Part shown: positions 36,370-41,069 of the stretch, in pieces
How the letters are laid out: the number at the start of each line of letters is the position of its first letter
Position numbering within the stretch: position 1 is the first letter of the stretch
IMG/VR virus record: IMGVR_UViG_3300045988_157337
Coordinates: 1-41,069 of that record
DNA: 41,069 bases
Source: a virus
Direction: 5' to 3' (one strand)
Program-made: the position numbers and the translations under genes
Notes under the pieces: generated by a model
Told to the model about the DNA's origin: nothing
Database searches by the model: none
What the model saw: only the letters and a program-made list of their open reading frames with translations

Positions 36370-36416
36370 CCGCCTCCATTGTATCCCTAGTGACACTAGG
36401 GATACAATGGAGGCGG
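36370..36416. promoter_or_regulatory. 47-bp perfect palindrome containing two fully overlapping, oppositely oriented promoter-like elements (TTGTAT-N18-TACAAT on each strand)
   Basis: ccgcctccattgtatccctagtg a cactagggatacaatggaggcgg, with 23-nt arms that are exact reverse complements. On the plus strand the -35 is at 36379..36384 and the -10 at 36403..36408. Confidence 0.7.
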
Positions 36417-36565
36417 AGGGCGCCGTGCTCTCCGAGGCGCAGGCCGCCGCCTCGTCGTCGACGACTACGCATCCCGCGACCTGAGCGCCCGCGACGCTCT
36501 TCCCGAGTGGGAGCGCGAGCTCCTCGGCAGGGAGGAGGCGGCCGAGGTCGCATGACAAGCGCCAC

Positions 36566-36608
36566 TGGGCCCCACCCCCTAGCTCCAGTGGCCGGGGGGT
36601 GGGGCCCA
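36566..36608 (+). other. 14-bp perfect stem-loop immediately upstream of the 36614 gene
   Basis: tgggccccaccccc (36566..36579) pairs with gggggtggggccca (36595..36608), leaving a 15-nt loop. Confidence 0.6.
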
Positions 36609-36613
36609 CAACC

Positions 36614-37066
36614 ATGCGCAAAGGAGAAGATGTGATAACGATCATGTGCCCGGGGCGGATGACGGGCGCGGAGGTGACGGCGGCGCGTGAGGCCCTGGGC
36701 CTCACCACCGCGGAGTTCGCCGCCCTCGCGGGCGTCCACCCGCAGACGCCGCACAGGTGGGAGGCCGGCCGCGAGCCCGCGCCTGTGCGGATCGGGGGGC
36801 TGCTCGCGGATCTCGCCCGCGAGCACGACGACCTGGTCGACCTCCTGGTTGAGCGCACCGACGACGTCCGCGCCGACTACGCGGCGGTGGTGGTGCCCCG
36901 CACCAAGGAGGAGTACGCGGCACTCTGCCCGGACGCGAGTCGGCCCCTGCACTGGCTGCGCCTCGCCGCCTCCCGCGCCGCCAGCCAGGCCCCGCGCCTG
37001 CGCATAGTGCGGGACGCGGACGAGGCCGCGCGCCTGGGAGCGCAGGTGATCCACCCATCCATATGA
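36614..37066 (+). CDS. XRE-family HTH protein
   Basis: Candidate starts are ATG 36614, GTG 36632 (5 nt after AAGGAG) and ATG 36644. HTH LGLTTAEFAALAGVHPQTPHRWEAGRE. Confidence 0.65.
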   Translation: MRKGEDVITIMCPGRMTGAEVTAAREALGLTTAEFAALAGVHPQTPHRWEAGREPAPVRIGGLLADLAREHDDLVDLLVERTDDVRADYAAVVVPRTKEEYAALCPDASRPLHWLRLAASRAASQAPRLRIVRDADEAARLGAQVIHPSI

Positions 37067-37087
37067 CCGAGCTCACTCTCTATGGAG

Positions 37088-37116
37088 TTGTATCCCTAGC
37101 GCCACTAGGGTAGAGT
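37088..37116 (+). promoter_or_regulatory. Promoter-like element TTGTAT-N17-TAGAGT whose spacer carries the same CCCTAG-N5-CTAGGG operator core
   Basis: ttgtat ccctagcgccactaggg tagagt lies 60 nt upstream of the 37177 ATG. Confidence 0.6.
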
Positions 37117-37176
37117 AGGTGTCATGAGGCCAGGGAGACGCCCACAGGCCCATGACCCCCATAGGAGGGACCCACG

Positions 37177-37854
37177 ATGAGCACCATCGAAATCACCATC
37201 ACCGAGACCAGCCGCGGCAGGATCGCCGTCACCACCCCCTACAGCCCCGAGTTCGTGGCGTCTGCGAAGCGCCTGGGCGGCCGCTGGGCCCCCAAGAGCC
37301 ACGCCTGGACGTTCGACCTCCGCGACCGCGCCCGGGTCGAGGACATCCTCACCCAGTGCTTCGGGTGGGTGGCTGCACCCTCGGGCGAGCTCGCCACCGT
37401 CCGAGTCACCATCGACGACGGGGCCGGGAACGCCCCCGAGGTGCGATTCGCCGGCCGACCCATCTGTTGGAGGAGGGGCCGCGACGAGTCCGTGCGCCTC
37501 GCTGACAACGTCGTCATCGTCGCCGGCCACTTCCCCGGCTCCGGCGGATCCATGCGCCGGCCCCTGGTCATTTCTGCTCCCTCCGACGCGGAGGTGACCC
37601 TCGAGGTCAGGGACGTCCCGGTCGAGGGCCTGGCAGCTGAGGACTCGTCCCGGTGGGACTCGCTCCGGTGGGAGCGGGTCGACGCGGGCGGGGCCGCGCA
37701 GCGCGACGCCCTGGTCGCCGAGCGCGAGCGCCTCCAGTCCCGCCTGTCCGAGATCGACGCGATCCTCGCCGCCGCCGACTGCCCCCCCGGGCCCCGCCCC
37801 CAGCCTGGGGGCGGGGCCCCACCTCACAGGAGAGGAGACAGAAATGCACACTGA
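37177..37854 (+). CDS. Hypothetical protein with N-terminal AK.LGGRW...W motif (DUF5710-like by recollection)
   Basis: 225 aa. ATG preceded by ATAGGAGGG. N-terminus VTTPYSPEFVASAKRLGGRWAPKSHAWTF. Confidence 0.6.
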   Translation: MSTIEITITETSRGRIAVTTPYSPEFVASAKRLGGRWAPKSHAWTFDLRDRARVEDILTQCFGWVAAPSGELATVRVTIDDGAGNAPEVRFAGRPICWRRGRDESVRLADNVVIVAGHFPGSGGSMRRPLVISAPSDAEVTLEVRDVPVEGLAAEDSSRWDSLRWERVDAGGAAQRDALVAERERLQSRLSEIDAILAAADCPPGPRPQPGGGAPPHRRGDRNAH

Positions 37855-38767
37855 TATCACGGTCGAGCTGACCAATATGGTGGGCGACGGGGGCGCCGTC
37901 GTGGTTCCCGCCACCGAGGTCGAGGACGTCCTAGACCAGTGGTTCCCACCCGACGACCGGGCCGCGGATTCCCAGGCCGAGGACGCGGTCTCCACGGTCG
38001 TCCGGTGGGCGCGCGCGCACGACCCCGCCCGCGACGGCGGCGGCATCGTCGAGGCCCTGGCCTACCTCGGCATCAACGCCGAGATGCACACTCCCCCGGC
38101 CCCGCGCCGGCCCGACTACCGGCGGATCCTCACCCGCCGCCAGGTCGAGCGCCTCACCCGCGACCGCCTGCAGGCGGCCCTGGCCGCCACGGGCACCATC
38201 ATCCCCGGCGCGGACACCGAGGTAGTGCGGTTGGCCTACATCCAGGACATCCAGGGCCTGGACGCCATGCGCGCCGCCCTCGCGGCCATGGAGGCCGCCA
38301 CCACCGGGTACGACCCCCGACACAGGGAGCTCGTGCGCCGCTTCACCCTGGCCCACGAGGAGGCGCACGAGCGGTGGCTGGCCCACCGCCAGCAGGTCCT
38401 CGACGGCCGGATCCTGCCCGGCCGCGTCATCGAGGCCATCCGCACCGGCGCGGGCATGAGCCCCGCCGAGTGGGCCGACGCCCTCAGCGTCAGCGAGGGC
38501 ACCGCCCGGGACTGGGAGTCAGGGCGCCGCACGCCCCCCGCCGGGGCCTGCACCGACATGTGGGCAATCTGGCTGCGGTGGGTGAAGACCCAGGCGGCCG
38601 CCCTCGGCACCCCAGCCGCCGTCATCAACCAGCATTGGCGGGAGCCCGTGGCCGTGCTCCCCGCCGACACCCCCCTGCACGATCTCCGGGCCCTGGGGAT
38701 AATGCTCCAGGGCCGACGCTTCACCCTAGACCCAGGCCCGGAGATCCAGCACCCCACCCCCGCGTAA
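37844..38767 (+). CDS. Hypothetical protein with a C-terminal XRE-like HTH
   Basis: 307 aa. ATG preceded by AGGAGAGGAG. HTH GMSPAEWADALSVSEGTARDWESGRRTP. Confidence 0.65.
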   Translation: MHTDITVELTNMVGDGGAVVVPATEVEDVLDQWFPPDDRAADSQAEDAVSTVVRWARAHDPARDGGGIVEALAYLGINAEMHTPPAPRRPDYRRILTRRQVERLTRDRLQAALAATGTIIPGADTEVVRLAYIQDIQGLDAMRAALAAMEAATTGYDPRHRELVRRFTLAHEEAHERWLAHRQQVLDGRILPGRVIEAIRTGAGMSPAEWADALSVSEGTARDWESGRRTPPAGACTDMWAIWLRWVKTQAAALGTPAAVINQHWREPVAVLPADTPLHDLRALGIMLQGRRFTLDPGPEIQHPTPA

Positions 38768-38781
38768 CGGGCACAAGAATC

Positions 38782-38816
38782 GGGGCCCCGCCACACGGTT
38801 CGTGTGGCGGGGCCCC
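38782..38816. terminator. 15-bp perfect stem-loop; candidate bidirectional terminator between the plus-strand module and the minus-strand late operon/array
   Basis: ggggccccgccacac (38782..38796) pairs with gtgtggcggggcccc (38802..38816), leaving a 5-nt loop. Confidence 0.7.
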
Positions 38817-39045
38817 ACCCGCTCTCGCAGGCAATATTCAGTTCCAGCCCTCAGCGCAACCTAGTTAGCGGGTTCATCCCCACGTGAGCGGGGAACACGT
38901 GCACTGGTGCAACACTAACGGTTCATCCCCGCTCGCGCGGGGAACAGTTGGCTAGTTGCAACCCCAAAGGATCATCCCCACTTGCGTGGGGAAAAATTTC
39001 AACTGTGCAATTTCAAGGGCTCACCCCCGCTCTCGCGGGGACACC
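38809..39045 (-). CRISPR. Cas-less type I-E-like CRISPR repeat array: four 29-nt repeats, one degenerate terminal repeat, three 20-nt spacers and one 32-nt spacer
   Basis: Repeats on the plus strand are at 38870..38898, 38919..38947, 38968..38996 and 39017..39045, with a degenerate copy at 38809..38837. The minus-strand form is GTGTTCCCCGC-N4-GCGGGGATGAACCG-like, with a 6-bp stem, 4-nt loop and 8-nt handle. Confidence 0.8.
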
Positions 39046-39066
39046 TGGAGTGTACCACACTCAGGG

Positions 39067-39687
39067 TCAGTGCAGGTAGCGTTTCATCTCGTCAATGTAC
39101 GCCGATGCCTGGCGCTTGGAGAGTGCGCTCACGTCGATGGTGCGGAGCGCCTGCTCTTTAGCGCGGGCTTCGCGGGCTTGGCGAGCGACCGACCTACCCC
39201 ACACTCCACGCATCGCGCGCGTATACGCTAGATCAATGCGCGCTTCCGCTTGCGCGTTCGCTTTGTCCACAGCGTCCTGCTTGGCCCAGTACGCTGCGCC
39301 CTCGGGGGTTTTTATAGCGACCTTCCGGCGCATCCCACGCAGGCTCTCCGGCATCGGGATATCAGGCTTCAGGCTTCCGTCCTTCGTGAGTTTGTCCCTC
39401 ATTCTCTGTGCGGCTTCGTCTCCGGCCCTATCTCGCTCACGGTCTGCCTTCTGCTCGTACACGGACAGGTTGATGCGGTTGCTCTTGTCCTCCGCTTCGG
39501 ACGCTGTCCACGCGCGGGGCAGCGGATGCTGGTTGGCGGCCTCCTGCATTTTCTTCATGTACTCGACCTGCCGGGGTGTGGCTGCGCCGCCCTCGGCAGG
39601 ACCCAGGCCAAGATCTTCGGGGGTCGGCGCAGCGCTGCCTCCCCCGCCACCCCCGCCGCTGTGGCTGCTACCGCCTCGTCCACCCAT
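39067..39687 (-). CDS. Hypothetical protein with Gly-rich N-terminus and charged helical body
   Basis: 206 aa with the ATG verified. Lies immediately upstream (in transcription order) of the repeat array. Confidence 0.6.
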   Translation of the reverse strand: MGGRGGSSHSGGGGGGGSAAPTPEDLGLGPAEGGAATPRQVEYMKKMQEAANQHPLPRAWTASEAEDKSNRINLSVYEQKADRERDRAGDEAAQRMRDKLTKDGSLKPDIPMPESLRGMRRKVAIKTPEGAAYWAKQDAVDKANAQAEARIDLAYTRAMRGVWGRSVARQAREARAKEQALRTIDVSALSKRQASAYIDEMKRYLH

Positions 39688-40336
39688 CGTTCTTCATCCT
39701 CTCTGTCTGCGTCGTGTAGCAATGCACCTCGGCCCCATGCCAGTCGACGCCGCCGAGGGGCCGTCCGTGATGGATCACGTGGTGCGGCGCCAGCTCGACG
39801 AGCGCAGCCTCGATGCCCTTCCTCCAATTATCCTCCGCCTCTGGGGTTTTGCGCGCTCCCACGGTCGACACGGCTACGATTCCGCCGTGCGGAAGGCCGC
39901 CGAAGGAGTAGGCGAGACTGGTCTCGTCACTCCACTGGAGGGTTGGGATCACGGGGATTCCCTGTCTTTGCCACCAGGAGCCGAGTGCTCGGCTCCTGTA
40001 CATGTTCCACAGGCGCATGGGGAGGGGCATGTCCAGGTAGGTGCTGAAGTCGGGGGTGAGGACTGCCCAGTATTGGGACAGCATCCTTGTGTAGCTCTCC
40101 GGCCTCCTCCACACCCTTTCGAACTGGTAGTCGTCGAGGAAGAAGTGGATGCCGACGTTCTTGTCCCTGTGGGTCTTCGCGTAGTTGAATCCGACGAGGT
40201 CGGGGGGCGGCTCGATTGTCTCGTCGAAGTGGATTGGGGGGAAGTCCCAGGGGCCCGCGCAGTGCGCGCGGTTGGTCATGCGCAGGTTGTAGGCGTCGTC
40301 GCTGCGCATGTACTGGTTCTCTTTCGCGTAGTCCAC
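39668..40336 (-). CDS. DUF4417-like protein
   Basis: 222 aa. GTG start after AAAGGAGGAGCG. The motif block IHFFLDDYQFERVW...TPDFSTYLDMP...WNMYRSRALG...GIPVIPTLQW matches my recollection of DUF4417. Confidence 0.65.
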   Translation of the reverse strand: MDYAKENQYMRSDDAYNLRMTNRAHCAGPWDFPPIHFDETIEPPPDLVGFNYAKTHRDKNVGIHFFLDDYQFERVWRRPESYTRMLSQYWAVLTPDFSTYLDMPLPMRLWNMYRSRALGSWWQRQGIPVIPTLQWSDETSLAYSFGGLPHGGIVAVSTVGARKTPEAEDNWRKGIEAALVELAPHHVIHHGRPLGGVDWHGAEVHCYTTQTERMKNDGWTRR

Positions 40337-40353
40337 CGCTCCTCCTTTGAGTG

Positions 40354-40848
40354 TTAGGACGACGGTTTCTCGAGCGCTGTCCAGATGCGGGCGTGCTCGG
40401 CGGTCGCCCGGCTCTCCACGCCCCGCATGCCGTCATCGACGTTCTCGATGAGGGCGCGCACGGAGTCGATCTGGTGGCCGAGGACGTGCCGCCATTCCCG
40501 GGCCGCCTCCTGGTCCTCCGCGCGGGCCACCTCCAGGCGGCGCACGGCGTCGCGCATCGAGCCCCCGTGATTGGGGGTGACCTCGTGCTCGATGCGGCCG
40601 AGGCGGGCGTCGGTGGCGTCGAGGCGCGCAGTGAGGTCATCGAGGCGGCGGTCGATGCCGCCGGCGATCTCGTCGAGCTTCGCCACTGTTTCTGCGCCGT
40701 CGGCCTCGGCTTCGGCTTTCCGCGCGCGGGCCCGGGTGAGGGCCGCCTCAGCGAGGGTCTTCACGCGGCTGGTTCGCCAGGAGGCGACGCCGACGGCGGT
40801 GGTGAGCGCCCCGGTTATGAGGGCGCTCACCACTGTCGGGTCGATCAT
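40354..40848 (-). CDS. Membrane-anchored coiled-coil protein of the lysis cassette
   Basis: 164 aa from the ATG at 40848 (ATGA overlap with the holin stop). One N-terminal TM helix (VVSALITGALTTAVGVASW), then a charged helical region. Confidence 0.6.
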   Translation of the reverse strand: MIDPTVVSALITGALTTAVGVASWRTSRVKTLAEAALTRARARKAEAEADGAETVAKLDEIAGGIDRRLDDLTARLDATDARLGRIEHEVTPNHGGSMRDAVRRLEVARAEDQEAAREWRHVLGHQIDSVRALIENVDDGMRGVESRATAEHARIWTALEKPSS

Positions 40849-41069
40849 CAGGAGTCCGTTCCCTCCTGGATGAGGGTGGGCCTGGCGGTGGGGACGTGGG
40901 CGAGGGCGGTGGTGGTGCTGAGGACGGAGGCGGCCAGGGCTGCCCATAGGGGCGCGGTGGTCTGTCCGATGACGCCGTAGGCGCCGAGCAGTGCGATCGC
41001 GGCGAGGATGACGCCGTAGGCCCAGCGGCGCACCTGGGGGGTGAGCCAGGGGATGGGCTGCGGCGTGGG
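40848..41069 (-). CDS. Holin-like membrane protein, 3' part plus the junction duplicate; the 5' end lies at positions 88..56 of the window
   Basis: Same gene as feature 1..88. The stop is at 40848..40850. Confidence 0.6.
   Translation of the reverse strand, partial: PTPQPIPWLTPQVRRWAYGVILAAIALLGAYGVIGQTTAPLWAALAASVLSTTTALAHVPTARPTLIQEGTDS
41015..41069. repeat. Terminal overlap, identical to 1..55
   Basis: Exact 55-nt identity on direct comparison. Confidence 0.95.

Larger units (their letters stand above)
1..41014. mobile_element. Complete circularly closed genome of a temperate siphovirus-type phage (HK97-fold capsid, long non-contractile tail) of a high-GC Actinomycetota host
   Basis: Full packaging-head-tail-lysis module, tyrosine integrase, CI/Cro-type switch and replication/recombination genes are present. 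The window ends overlap by 55 bp. Confidence 0.9.

Noticed and set aside
36400-36555. A possible small plus-strand gene downstream of the palindrome. One frame gives MEAEGAVLSEAQAAASSSTTTHPAT (ATG 36407). Another gives a protein-like tail, ...LVVDDYASRDLSARDALPEWERELLGREEAAEVA, ending at 36555.
   Set aside because: The protein-like frame has no start codon after its upstream stop at 36397, and the ATG frame terminates after 25 codons. Joining them requires a frameshift. It may be a decayed gene or a sequencing indel, and the evidence is too weak to call.
38809-39045. Alternative readings of the 49-bp periodic units as replication iterons, attP arm sites or a simple tandem repeat.
   Set aside because: A better iteron/AT-rich origin exists at 24.5-24.7 kb and arm-type repeats lie next to int. 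The units match the type I-E repeat architecture (stem, loop, handle) position for position, with compensatory stem changes that argue for an RNA hairpin. A DNA-level role is still listed as a refutation route.

Overview
The window is a complete, circularly closed genome of a temperate siphovirus-type phage from a high-GC Actinomycetota host. Bases 1..55 are identical to 41015..41069, so the unique length is 41,014 bp. Nearly all genes run on the minus strand as one long, translationally coupled series with many ATGA/GTGA stop-start overlaps. In transcription order these are: a Cro-like/Xis-like early region, then recombination, replication and DNA-modification genes (RecT, two orphan DNA methyltransferases, Bro-N/KilAC antirepressor, RusA, a replication initiator with an internal iteron/AT-rich origin, SSB). 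Next come small membrane proteins, an HTH protein, HNH, TerS, TerL, portal, MuF-like protein, scaffold, HK97-fold capsid, connectors, major tail protein, chaperones, tape measure, tail tip/fibre proteins, and endolysin plus a holin that spans the window junction. Plus-strand genes are a CI-like repressor with an ImmA/IrrE-type protease, a three-gene module (36614..38767) controlled by a shared palindromic promoter/operator motif, and one reverse-oriented secreted/lipoprotein-like gene inside the tail operon. A tyrosine integrase lies at 34768..35985. The most unusual element is a cas-less array of type I-E-like CRISPR repeats (38809..39045, minus orientation) at the far 3' end of the late operon. 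It has three 20-nt spacers that share a conserved core, one 32-nt spacer, a degenerate terminal repeat, and stem covariation that preserves the repeat hairpin. I read it as a candidate RNA decoy / anti-CRISPR or a hijacking mini-array. All functional calls rest on motifs, gene order and reading-frame inspection done by eye; no database search was possible.
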